A stretch of 64,000 nucleotides of DNA from Lama guanicoe (lineage: Eukaryota), in contig MU053588.1 of the NCBI GenBank assembly GCA_013239625.1, forward strand, positions 3,066,799 to 3,130,798, in the 5' to 3' direction. Positions 51,436 to 64,000 of this stretch are shown piece after piece. Below the pieces are notes generated by a model. The model ran no database searches. It had not been told where the DNA came from and saw only the letters and a program-made list of their open reading frames with translations. The position numbers and the translations under genes are program-made. Each line of letters begins with the position of its first letter. Positions within the stretch are counted from its first letter, which is position 1.

Positions 51436-52047
51436 GTTAGTGAATATATGGACCCCAAATTGGAAACCCCATCAGATGTGCAGGCAAGGCCCGCACCCCT
51501 AAAGACGTGTGGGTCCTTGCCTGCCAACTGAGAAAGAATTCTCAATAGAGGCAGAGGGACAAAATGGAAAAGACAGCTGCTTTATTGCTCAGAGAGAAGA
51601 AGGAAAAAAAACCCAAAACACTCGAGCAGGGAGCTGTCAGCCATGTAGCCGGTTGAGAGAACTCCAGCTCCCGATCGTGCTGAGGGGTGTTTATTGGAAG
51701 GTTCTGTCATCATTGCCTTCACTTTGGTGATGTCAATCATCTTCTATTACTGGCTCTTTCTTCCCGTGGAGCTCAGCCCTAAAACAGAAACTTCAGTGGA
51801 AGAAAGAGAACAAAGAGATACTGGGTGGGGGGAAAGAGAGAGAGATACTGGGGTATTTCCTCAGGAGCAACGCAACAGTTGTAGGACATAAATTGTCTCT
51901 TTGTATGGCTATGCCCTTGGAACCAAGGAGCCAGCTGCGGGATGAGAGAAAATGTCCTGTTTTTAAACAGCCTGGTATTTTCTCCCCTTGTTGATAGCCA
52001 ACCAGGGTCGGTAAGCCTGTCTAGTCAGCTCTCTCAGGACTGTTTCA
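51436..52047 (-). mobile_element. Probable ERV solo LTR, antisense
   Basis: Begins tgttag and ends ...tttca; minus-strand AATAAA (tttatt at 51581); relatively CpG-rich; boundaries uncertain. Confidence 0.5.
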
Positions 52048-52949
52048 ACCACAGCAACAGAGCCACAGGACGACCCACGTCCCCATTCTGAGCATTTTAC
52101 CTGTATTTAGAAAGACAAATTCCACATCAGCTGATATGAGGAGACAGGGTTCTCCTACTTCTGTTGCTGCTCAGACATCCCACACCTGCACGGGTGTATA
52201 CTTTTTGTTCAGTTTTTTAAAAAAGAAGTATTTATTAGAGCCTGCTATGCACTATGTGCTGGAAACACAAGGATGAATCAGACCTGGTCCCCGCCCATTG
52301 AGGTCCAGGTATGGAGGGAACCCAATTCAAAGACAGAACATAGCACTTAAGTGAGAAAACATTTTGATAGAGGTAAACATAGACCTTGGGCCCATCTTGT
52401 CAACCCCCTGTGAAAGTGGTCCACTCTGGGTTTTCTGGGTTCTAGTTTTCCTCATTTCAAGCTCAAAGTGAAAAATAAAAAGAATGCAAGTGTACCAGAT
52501 GGCCCTTTTTGCAGTCATGGCTGAATCATACACTTCCCTCTGGATAGTTGAAAATGTTGGTGGGCTCCCACTTCATTCTGAATGTCCTCTTTCTCATACT
52601 AGAGCTCACCACACATGCACACGCAGCAGCCAGGCAGCTGCACACTAACAGAGATTCCAGCAAGTCAGGAAACTTGAGTTTTACTTCCCTGGCTTTGAGG
52701 CTGACTGAGATGTTGAACAGCTCATGTAAACTCCCTGAGCTTTCATTTCCGATTCTGTAAAACAGAGCAGTTGGACTAACTCTCCATGGGTCTCTGTGTG
52801 TAGTGAGCGCTCCTCAGGAAAGCATCACATCTTCCTCTACTCGGGAGCCACCACCCACAGATACCAGGTATACATCAGGGATTCAGTGCTCACTGAATGA
52901 CTGTTCATAGAGCAAAGGGAAGCATAGGATCAATCAACAAGTATTTTTT

Positions 52950-53097
52950 TAAGCTTTTTTTTTTTTTAGTTTTCTTTTTTGCGGGCAGTAGGTGATTAGG
53001 TTAATTTATTTATTTTTGGAAGAGGTACTGGGGATTGAGCACAGGACCTCATGCATGCTAAGCATGTGCTCTACCACTAGAACTATACCCTGCCCCC
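52950..53097 (-). mobile_element. tRNA-derived SINE (Vic-1-like)
   Basis: Reverse complement of the same head (gcatgctaagcatgtgctctaccact); TSD caatcaacaagtattttt on both sides. Confidence 0.9.
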
Positions 53098-55258
53098 AAT
53101 CAACAAGTATTTTTGAATGTCTACTAAGTACACTGTAAACTGTTTCTCCTATGATCCCCTTACCTCCTTACAAAGGGGGACCTTATAAGTCATAAAGACT
53201 GTGTTGATGCATACAATGTTCTCAAGATGAGCTCTAAGTCGTTCTCAATGTCAGCAAGAGAAGAATCTGTTTGTATTGTGAGTGTTTTTATATCAATGGA
53301 CCTGAGAGACCCAAAGCCCCTTCTCATGGAAAAAAGAAAATGACACCCCATTCCAAGTCCATAGGGGGGAAATCTGATGGAGTGAACTGACAGGGAGCCA
53401 GGGCCTGGCAAGAGTAGAGGGGTAAACAGACTGAGGGGACCTGGAAGAAGGTGTGAGGAGGAACTCCCTGATCCTGAAGCTGACATGGAGTAGACTGGTA
53501 GACGATGGGATGGGAAAGCAAAGCTCCCCCTCAGTTCCATGTGTGTGCGTGATATTCTGTCAGAAAAATTTCCTTTCTGGTACTGGACTGCACTTTCACA
53601 TGCTTTCTGACATAGCAGGCCTAGTTAAAGAGTTATGAAATATTCAAATAAGCATTTACAGAGTACTCCCAAAGTGCCAGGCCCTACTTAAGTTCAGGAA
53701 CATAAAAATGAACAATAAACAGCCCCTGCCTCAAAAGTCCCCACCCAATTAGCTCCATGCCATCTGCTCTGCCCTCCAGCAGCACAAATCCAACCCCACC
53801 CTGGAGACCCAGCCCCGGTTCCACCGAACCCAGAGTCCCTTGACCTACTCACAGTCCACAGTGAACTCCCGTCACTTCTGAAATTTGGTTCCACCACATC
53901 CCTAGGTTTTATGAAGTGCATGTCATCTCCTTGGCTAGACTTGAGCTTCTTGAGGACAGGCACCTCAGGAAGAATTCGTTAGAATTTCTCATGTAGGAGC
54001 CACATCAGTGGGTTATATCAGACCAAGCTCAGACTGAGTCTGAGCCTTCAAATCGAGGACAGTCTCCACTGTCTAGCACAGTGCCTGCCGCCTGCAGATG
54101 CTTTATAAACTCTGTAGTAGCAAAGCCTACATTCAACTCTCCAGCACGTCCATAGGCAAGAACAATCCGAAACCGAGAGGGTAAGAACGAGCAAGCAGAA
54201 ACCATGCCTTGCCTCTTCCCTCCTCTTGGCTTGAACGAAGTCACACCACCTTTTCTCACTCCTATCTGGAGGATTCCAGAGAGGACTTCCTTGTTAACCT
54301 TCTCCTCGGCCCCACAAGTATCACCCAGAACTCAAGGCCAGCCTCTCCTCTGTCTTTGAGCCTATTCCCTACAGTCTCTGGAATGAGTCAGGTGTAGTAA
54401 GTGCTGATGTTCTGTACCCCTAACGTTTGCTCCAAGTAGTATCACCTCCTCCTTTACCCTTGGGCTGTTTCCAAACAAGGTGTGATGCCAAGAGCCTCAG
54501 CAGCCTGGGCAATCACCTCCCCTGCTGCGGCTGCTGTTTCTCAGACCCTCTGGGACCTGAAGCCTAGAGGGTCTTCCACCAACCCAGTTCCCTCTCCTTT
54601 AGGCAGGAGCCCTTAGGCCACGGCCACCTTCCTGACCAACGAGGAGGCCTGCTTTGACCCAGTGCTCCAGGGCAGGGTTTGGGGCAAGAGAGAAGAGCCT
54701 CTCCTCCTTGGTCCTCTCTGCTTCCCACCTCACGTGGCCACAGAATTCGGGGAAATTGTAAACAGCCAGGACGCGGCAACTTCCCAAACAACAACACTGC
54801 TGTTGCAAGGATGAGAGTGGGGAAGACAGAGGGGAAACAGACCGTGTCCTCCTCTCTTTGCCAACCTTTAGCACTCACTTTCCTGCCAGATACTAAGCTA
54901 GAAAATGTCACTCGGTATAAGGAAATTCAAACAAGCAAAAAGACTTGGGGAAGAAATCAAAGCATGTTGGTAGGCAGGGAGGCAGGAAGAAAGAAGGGAG
55001 GGAATGAGTTATGCTGCCAAGTTATCAGTCACCCTCTCATGTTCTTAAGAATGCTTCATTTCTTTTGTTTGGCCAGTTTGACCTCCCAGATTCCCATAAA
55101 GCACATGATCCAACTTAACTGTTACCTAACAAGGCCAGGGTAACTTATCCGTTCTCACCATCTAAAGAGAACACTGGCCTGGGATTAAAGCGCAGACCTT
55201 CTAACTGGGAACCTTCCACACAGTCTTCAAGTGACCTACCACAGCACCAGCAGTTGAA

Positions 55259-58200
55259 ATGAAAGTTCTAATCTCTTCCCTCCTTCTGCTGCTGCTACTA
55301 ATGCTGATGTCCATGGTCTCCAGCAGCCCAAATCCAGGTAAAAAAAGATTAAATTTTTTTGAAAGGGATAAAGGGTGGGAGAAAATGTGGCAAAACAGAA
55401 AAGAGCATGACCACACATGCAGTAAAATGTAGCCTCTTCAGGCTACAGGAATGAGGAGCAAGTTAGCCTTTCTCTGGGCCTGTTTCCTCATTCACTGATT
55501 TACAAAAAGGAAAGAACTGTACATAAATCCAAAGAGGGTTGTGAGAGTTAAAGGAGCCAGCGTGTATGAAAGTGTCTGGAACTGTACCTGGTGGGAGAAA
55601 AAATAACTGCTCCTCCAATATTTGCTATCTTACCTCTCCCCCAATCCTTGTTCCAGAGAGTAATTTCCCCAGGGAAATTACTGGTGGCGGTGGTGGCAGG
55701 ATGTTGAAGGCAATTGTACATCTGTAGACAATAAGGAAGTCCTCGATTATATTCTAACAATTTTTACTATGATTACACAGTAAGGTGATAAACTAGAAAA
55801 ATCACACCACCAGGTAGTACCATGTTTGAAGCTGTAGCCACACCAAGCCCTGTTTGAACAGCTCACCTATGGGAAGCAGACCTTGGGTTAGGGGTTCTGA
55901 ATTGGCGCCAGCCTTCACTACAGCCCAAGTGGCCAGGCCCTTAGCAGTACAACTGTGCAGAAGGGACCGATCCCCATGTGTGCTGCCACTTGAGGGAAAC
56001 ATCTCTCCAAGGGCCACTTTGAAATGAAATAGCTTTGTAACATACTTAGCATCGACTCGTGGTCCTAAAATCAGGAGTTCACCCTACTCCATCCCAATTT
56101 CTAACATCCCCTCCATTACAGAGAGAGCTCTCTGGAAGCTGCTGGGCCCCACAGCCTTAGGGCCTAGAACACCCTTCTGGAAGGGAAAGCTTTTCCACCA
56201 CCAGGACTGACACCAAGGCTAGAGTCCTCAGCCTGGATTCAAAGCTCCAGCCACAGCTGCCTTTCCCGTCCACCCCTCCTCGCACTAACCAGACCTCTGG
56301 GCTCCACTCAACTAGACCTCGGGCTGTTCCCGAGCTGGTCCTGTGCTTTCCCACCAGCTCAACTTTGCTCACACAACCTGCCCAAAACCACCTCCTCCCC
56401 AGCCTCCCTTGACTCCACCCAGGACCAGATATGAGCTCTCCCTCATGTGAACAAGCTTAGCCCTAACTTGACTCTCTCTGCACTTTTCATCTTCTGCCTT
56501 AAGTTGAGGTGTTGGCGTGCATCTCCCACCCCCACCCCTGCCCTTCTATCTGCAGCCTCCTCATTGGCACAGACTGGTGTATTGTTTCCACATCGCTCAC
56601 ATTATCTGGCACAGTGCTCAGTAAATATTTGCTAAGTGAAAAAATAAAGCCTCAGATTTCTACGTTCAAATGTTGCCTTTAGAAAACTCGACACCTGGGT
56701 TTCATAGCAGCTCTATTGACATTAGGGATGGATAATTCTTTGCTGTAGGGGTGCTGTTCTATGCATTGTAACCTGTTTAGCAACACTCACCTGGCCTCTA
56801 CCCACTAGAAGCCAGTAGCAGCCTCCCCCCTACCTCCTCCCAGTTAATACAGCCAAAAATATCTCCAGTCATTGCCAAACTTCCCCTGGAGGAGGAAACC
56901 ACCCCCTAGTTGAGAGCCGCTGCTTTATACCAATAATCCCTACACATGGAGAGATTTTTTGACTCCCAGGAATTTCAGAATCAAATTTGAATTCAGGGCA
57001 ACTGCAATCCAAATCCTGGCTCCATCACTTACTTTGAAACCCTGGACAGGATGCTTAAAATTTTTGAACCTCAGTCTTACTATCTTAAAATGAATAAAAT
57101 ACCACTTAGTGAATACAACTGCTGTGAAGACTAAATGACTGATCATACGAGCCTAGCAAGAGTTCAATAAATGTAACTGAGTAAAACAGCTAAAGTAGTT
57201 CTAAGGCACAAGGGCGACAGGTTGGGGAAAGCGCACTCCGCCGCCAGGTGGCACAATGACAAACCACGTTGGTTCCGTGATGCCCGGGCTCAATCCTTGT
57301 TTCCCAGGCCAGCATAGTTTGCAACACAGGACCAAGTCTGGAGGAAGGAAGTAATACTCCTTCAGCCCCCAGAGAAATTTCTCAGAATAAAATCTGATCC
57401 TACCTTATCTCTTTAAAAGAAAAAACACATACATGTTTAATATGCTTTTTACAGGGGAGGGGGGGAAAATGAAATCGGTAAGAAGCGATGACAATGTTAG
57501 GAAATACATCACTTACAATAATAGAATACACATTACTTATAAGATTATTTATAACTTATAAAATGACCTGTACCAACAGCACCTACGTGTTAAACAAGCC
57601 TTTGTGGCAGGCTGTCCTCAGCACTTCACATGTATGACACCTCATGTGTCCTCACAGAAATCTAATGTATTTTTTTAACTTTTCATTTCTCAGACTTAAA
57701 TATTGTTGTAAAAATAATCAGAGTTCCAATATATCCTCCATCCAGATTTTTTTCAAATAACACCAGACATAACCATAATACAATTATCAAAACCAGAAAA
57801 TTAGCAATGATACAATACTACTAGCTAATGCACAAATGTTCAGAGTTTGTTAATCATCCACTGATGTCCCTTTCCCGGTCAGAATCCAATCCAAGATCCT
57901 ACACTGAAGAAAGTTATCATCTCTCCTGGTCTCCTCCAATCCAGGGCACTTTCTCAGAACTTCCTTGTCTTCCATGACCTTGACACTTTTGAGGAGTACT
58001 GTCAATTATTTTACAGAATGTCCCTCAATTTGGACTTATCTGATGTTTCCTCATGATTAAATTCAGATTATGATTTTTGGCAAAAACACCACAGAAGTGA
58101 TGTTTGCCTTCTTGGTGCAACACATCAAAAGACCCACGTTAACAGTATCTTTTGTTACAGGTGATGTTAAGTTTGAACACTGCTTAAGGCAGTGTCCATA

Positions 58201-61200
58201 AAGACACTGTTTTCCCATTGAAAATAATAAGTATCTTCTGGAGAGACACTTTGAGCTATGCAAATAGCCTGTTTCTTCTAATCATACTTTTGCCAATTAA
58301 TTTTGAAAATCATTGATGATTCTTGCCTACAACAAGTATTACTATGGCCTTAGCCAAATGGTGATTTTCTATTTCCATCATTCCTTTTATAGTTAGTAAC
58401 AGAGATTCTACTGTAAGAAAGATCTGTTCCTTCTCTCCCATTTATTTAGGTATTCAATTATTTATTTATATAAGTAAAGACCCAGGAATATTTGTGGACT
58501 ATAACTCATTACTATCCTTATTTACAACGTTGCTCATATTGTCCCAAAACTGGTACCTTTTCGACATGTCAATTCTTTCGCAGTTCCTTACTTTCTGACA
58601 CCAAAAGATGTCCACCTTGTACTTCCCTTCCCCAGCCCTGGAGTCACCCATTTCTCCACAGAGACCTGGTTCCTTTCATGGGACAATGATACTCACAAAC
58701 CTTGGGCACTAGGTATTGCCCATTGCTCCTAGGTGCTACTGCGTCTAGGCCCTCTGGTGGACAGAGCTAGGAAACAGATGTATGTACCTACACTTGTGTA
58801 CTATTTTTAGCCTCATTTTACAAATTATGTAAATGAGGCACAGAAAAGTTAAGCAACTTGCCCAAAATCACAACACTAATATGTAGTGGAACTGAGAAGT
58901 CAGAATAATAATAGATCTACCCCAAAACCTAACAAGTGGAAGTAACTTCTTTACAGCAGAGAGCAATAAGCCTAACACTCCAGCATAGACGCTCACTTTG
59001 GGAAATAATTAGAAGTCTGTAGTAAAATCCAAATAATAACCATCATATACTGAAAACCGTACTTGGGCACTGCATCCACAGTGGCTCATTTATTCCTAAC
59101 AACTCTGCAAGGTGGATACCAATACTCTCTCTTTACAAACCAGACAACCAAAGATCACAGAAGCTAAGTGACTTCTGCAAGATTGCATACATAATTGACA
59201 AAACAAGCAGTTGACCCCAGGTCTGTATGGATGTAAAATCCATGCTTGTTCCACTGTACCACTATTTTCCAAAACTGATCTTATGTAGAACCTAAATAAG
59301 CTTCAACTTTAATAGTCATATGTTTTAATGCATCTTAGAAAAAAATCTAAGTATCAAATATGTAATCTCACAGAAAATATTGCACAAATGAAGATGTTAT
59401 GTAAATTAAATTTATTTAAAGAAATAAAGTATGACATAAATAACAATAGAGGTGGTATAAGCTATAGCAAAAATCATAAAAGTGTTCCAAAAATGTCTGA
59501 TGTTTGTTTTGAGGGACATAATATTTAGTAACATGCAGTTTCATATTCAGTTACACCATGAAATTAGGGTCATGCAGGGCTGCAAAAAGAACAACAGACT
59601 AAGAGTCTTGGACCTGAATTTTAGTTCCAGATGAGTCATCTTTACCTTGGTGAACTTGGGCTTTTCACTTGCTCTCTCTGGGTCTCACTTTCCTCACTTG
59701 AAAAAAAAAGAGATAGTGATTTATAATTAGTACAACCCTTTTAAAAGCAACTTGGTAATTGTATAAAGAAACATAAAATTGTTCTTAACTTTTGTCCCAG
59801 TAATTCCACTTGGGAAATCTTCCTCAAGGCACAAATGCAACATTTGAAAACAGTTACAAGCACAAAGAAATGTATCGATATCCAAAAATAATATAATCTA
59901 AATATTCAGCAATGAGAGAACAGTTAAATAATCTGAAGTGCATATACTTGGGAGTATATAATTCTGTCATGAGTGTTGTGAGACAACACAAGAACAAGCT
60001 TATAAAGTGAACAAAAAGAAATTTGTTCACATGGTATGGTTATCATTACATTGAAAATTTATATACAGGAAATGTACTAAAATTCCAACAGTTGTTAACA
60101 GTAAAGATTTTTTATTTGTACTTTATAAGTTTTCTCTAATAAAGTTACATTGCGTTAAAAAGAAAAAAGAAAAACATCTCAATGAACTGGTACCACTAAT
60201 AATCTCCAAGATGTCGTCTGGCTCTAATATTCCGTGCCTTTTCTCTGGAACCAGAAATGGAGGTCAGGTGAAAAATATTAGAAAAGCGTAGATGGCAGGG
60301 GCTATGCCTGTTGAAATTACTTTAACACCACTCAAAACAGCACATGAGAACAATCTGGAAACCAGCACTTGGAGAAATGACGCAACACCCTCCATCTGTG
60401 TGGCAGAAAGGGCACGAGTCTGGGAAATTGGGGAGTTGGATGGAGCCAGAAGCTGCTCTAAGGGCCCTCTCTAGACAGCCTGTCTGTCTGCTTATCGCAG
60501 AAACATAAATGTGCCTATGATGTGTCAGGAGCCGTGTAGCTGAATGACTTCTGAGCCACTGGTTCAGAGTCCAGGGAAGGAGGTGGATTTTTAGTTTGCT
60601 AGCACTGCCGCGACAAAATACCACAGATCGGGTGGCTTAAACAACAGTAACTTAATTTCTCACAATTTTGGAAGCTGGTCATTCCTCTGTGCGTGTAACA
60701 TGCCTGGTGTCTCTCTGTGTGCCCAAATTTCTTCTTATAAAGATTCAAGTCAGACTGGATTAGAGCCCACCATAAGGGCCTCATTTTAACTTAATGCTCT
60801 CTTTAAAGGCCCTATCTCCAAAAACAGTCATTCTGACTTATTAAGAGTCACGGCTTCATTGAGTTTTAAGGGGACACAGTTCAGTCCACAACATACTTCA
60901 AACAACAAACTGTAAGTGTAATTGGGCAATGAGAGAGCTGCATTCGAATGCCATGGGGAAACAGGTGAAGACATAATCAATTCTGACAGGAAAAATCAGA
61001 AACCCCTATTCAGAGGAAGCATTATCTGGGCCCAGTTCTAGCCCCAGAATCTCTATAAAACATCATACTTGATTGTCATACAAATATTTTAGGTATGACA
61101 AAGTGGGAATAAGATAGCATCAGGTGATAAGACAGCCTTGAATAGAGGCCTAAAGGGGCAAGGATTTGTTCCAGAGGAACAAAGATAAATATTGTCTTCT

Positions 61201-62434
61201 TATGGTTAAACTGCAACTATGGATTCAAATACAACCAAACATGGAGGTCAGGTGAAGTTCCTGACTGCCTTATGGAATAATCTACTCCTTGCTCTCATTC
61301 CTAAGTCTTGAGGATTTTCATGTGTGTAGAGGGGATCTTAATGGAGGGAGGTTGTAAGGTCTTGATTAACCCTTACCTTTTGTCCTCTCTTCTATCCAGA
61401 AGCTGTTCCTTCTTCCCCTACCTCCAGCCTAACTTTTCTCTAGGCCAGACTGTAAACCTCAATTCCTTATCCATTTAAAATACTTCTCTCCTGAAGTGCC
61501 CTAGGATCCCTGAGTGAAAAAGGAAAAGAAATGGAGCTGCGCTGACCTAGGCAGCACAATGATGGGGGATGGTTTCTTTTGGCCCCTTCCCTTTCCAGTG
61601 CCTGGAAGTGACCTGTTTCCTTCCGACAGGGGTCGCCAGAGGCCACAGGGACCAACGCCAAGGTTGGTCTGGAGGAGGCTCCAGGAAGGCGCCCAAGAAT
61701 GTGACTGCAAAGGTCAGTAATTCAACATCAACAACAGCGATGCATCATCAAGATCCCAACTCACTCCCTCGAGTCCGTCTGAGACCAATGCAGATGTTAC
61801 CTGAGCTTTCCCCTCTCCACCAGCCCACCACATGCAGCACCAACACTTATTTTCTTCCTGAGCCTCAGGCAAGAGCTGAGGCAAGGGCTCCAAGGTCCAG
61901 GGGAGAGCTGCCTGAATCTCTGGCTGCCCAAACCCCCTTTCCCTTTTTCCCCCAACAATCCAGGGCTGCTTTCTAAGATCTTCCTGAATCCTATTCTCAA
62001 TTTTACTTTACTCACAGGTTAGACTGAAATCAGAGAGGCAAAATGACTTACTTTAAGTAAAGCAGCCACTAAAAGGCAGACACCTAGGTCTTCCTCCTCA
62101 CTTTTGGGTCTCTCTAATGATACCCTCATGCCTCTTCCAGATCTGCCACCAAATTCTTGCCCATACAGGTCAGGCAAAACAACCTAGAAACCCTGGTGCT
62201 CATAGAACTGGATATGGTGACTGTTTTTGTTGACCCTTTGCCACACCCACTGCAGTATGAGAAAGAGGCGAGGAAGATGCCAAGTGAAGCCCCGCCCTCA
62301 AACATATTAACCCTCCTAAGCAGCAACCCTTTTATTTCAGATTGGTTCCTGAGAACCTCTGAAAGAAAACTCACAACAGTGCCCTGGCTGCCAGTGCCCC
62401 TGTGATCATTTCAAGGGCAGGGTAAAGAAAACCA
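55259..62434 (+). pseudogene. CXCL17: CXCL17 copy 2, frameshifted. Exons 55259-55337, 61630-61712, 62341-62434; exon 4 expected beyond the window
   Basis: Exon 1 is identical to copy 1. Exon 2 is 83 nt (+2). TGA at 62350-62352. Exon 3 is 94 nt (-8). Confidence 0.92.
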
Positions 62435-64000
62435 GTAAGTTGCAAAAGAATGACCTTCCTTAAACTTGGTCACTCTGTGGAATCAACTAGGGATGAAGCA
62501 GGTGTTGAAGAGACAAGAGAGATGAAGTGGAGACCAGGATAAGCACACACCTTAGCCTTTTCTACTCAATGTCACCTTGTAAGGAAATAGAAAGAGCAAA
62601 ATATAATTCTCTTAAGACTAGAGAGGTTTAGCAAAATTCTTTAATGATAGAATGCCATTGCTTATCAAAGTGGACAGAGACAGGGTTGTGGAGACCTGGT
62701 CATTGATCTCTGACAATTACACCAGTGTTGATGTCAAATAGAACTTGATTCATCCCTAGTCTAACTGTTTAAATGTCATAGAAAAAGTAACCTGGCAAAT
62801 GTTAAACTGATTGATACTATGATATTATCAAGAATAAAATAAATCACTGTTGATGGAAGTAAAATACAATTTAGTAGTAATTATCAAAAACTTAAATGTG
62901 TGTTCCTTTTAACTAGTAATCTGGATGCTTTAAGATCTCTACTATAGAATACTAGCATGGATACTCAAAGATATATGTACAAGAATACTAATTATAGTAG
63001 TATTTGTATTGACAAAGAAATGAAAATTTTAAATGTTCATCATTAACAGACTGACTGTGTGATCATTTCACAATGTATAAAATACCAAATTGTTACGTTA
63101 TGCACCTGAAACTAATATAATGTTATATGTCAATTATACTTCAGTTTAAAAATTTCATCATAAGCATATTGGGCAATTCTGCTGTTGTCAAAAATAATTA
63201 GATAGATAATTATGATTACTGATTGGAAAGATATCCACAATATACTAAGTGAAAAAAAGGTGCAGAGGCCCACACCCATTTCAAACACACCACAAAAATA
63301 AATTTCAGTGGATTAAAGCGACAAATTTGAAAGACAAATTTATAAGGGAATGCAGAAGAATATTCATACCTTGAGGTAGGAAAGAATTTCTTAAACAAGG
63401 TACAAAAAGTATGTCATAATGGAAAAAATTAATAAATCTGACTTCATTGAAATTAAGAAATTTGGCCACCAAGAAGATAAAATGACAATCTACAGAGGAG
63501 GGGTAATGTCTGCAACATATATAATCGACAAAGGGTTAATATTCAAACTATATAAGGAACTCCTATAGATCAATGAGAGGAAGGCAGGTAACACAACAAA
63601 TGGGCAAAAGACTTGAACAGGCGCTTCAGAGACAAGAAATCCAAATAGCTAATCAACATGTGAAATGGCACACAACCTTACTAGTAACTGGGAAAACATG
63701 AATTAAACCCAAACAGAGATCACTGTACATGATCAGATTGACAACAACTTTAATTAATGTGTGACAGTACCAAGTGTTGGCAGAGAGCAGAATAAAGAAA
63801 CTCTCATCTTCTGCTAATGGAAGCATAAAGTGGTAAATCACTTGGAAAAAGTGCTGGTGGTTTTCTACTAAAGTTTAAGCTCTGTGACCAAGCAATTCTA
63901 CTCTCAGATGTATACTCAAAAGGAATCCATGCTTATGTACACTGGGAGACATGTACAAGGGTTTCATAGCATTGTTCATAAGTACCCCAAACTGAAAAGT

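Larger units (their letters stand above)
50252..64000 (+). repeat. Segmental duplication unit copy 2
   Basis: Homology starts at cttcagtct (1517 vs 50252) and continues to the window end. Confidence 0.95.

Noticed and set aside
1..64000. CRISPR arrays, rRNA or prokaryotic systems
   Set aside because: No repeat-spacer arrays or operon-like coding density; the DNA is intron- and retroposon-rich mammalian sequence.

Overview
Mammalian genomic DNA, probably camelid (two Vic-1-like tRNA-derived SINEs). It comes from the CEACAM1-CXCL17-LIPE neighbourhood, which here is a tandem segmental duplication with a period of about 50.6 kb. On the + strand the order is: (1) an intact 4-exon CXCL17 (4667-18111, 119 aa) with a 4.1-kb L1 in intron 1; (2) a collapsed LIPE (hormone-sensitive lipase) pseudogene, made of a testis exon with lost ATG and many stops, a CpG promoter, and exon 6/7 fragments starting just after the catalytic GDSAG motif; (3) a CEACAM1-like gene with open A1, A2, TM and cytoplasmic exons, no leader or IgV N exon that I could find, and a broken Cyt2 acceptor that puts the ITIM/ITSM out of frame; (4) a second, frameshifted CXCL17 (from 55259, running off the window) whose promoter, exon 1 and proximal intron 1 look identical to copy 1 over 4.0 kb. 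The copies also differ by an upstream inversion, indels and copy-specific L1/SINE insertions. The most speculative idea is that CXCL17 exons (all phase 1) could splice in frame to the headless CEACAM exons, giving a membrane-tethered chemokine-Ig chimera. Gene identifications rest on my recall of human sequences, with no database search. Identities are by-eye estimates.
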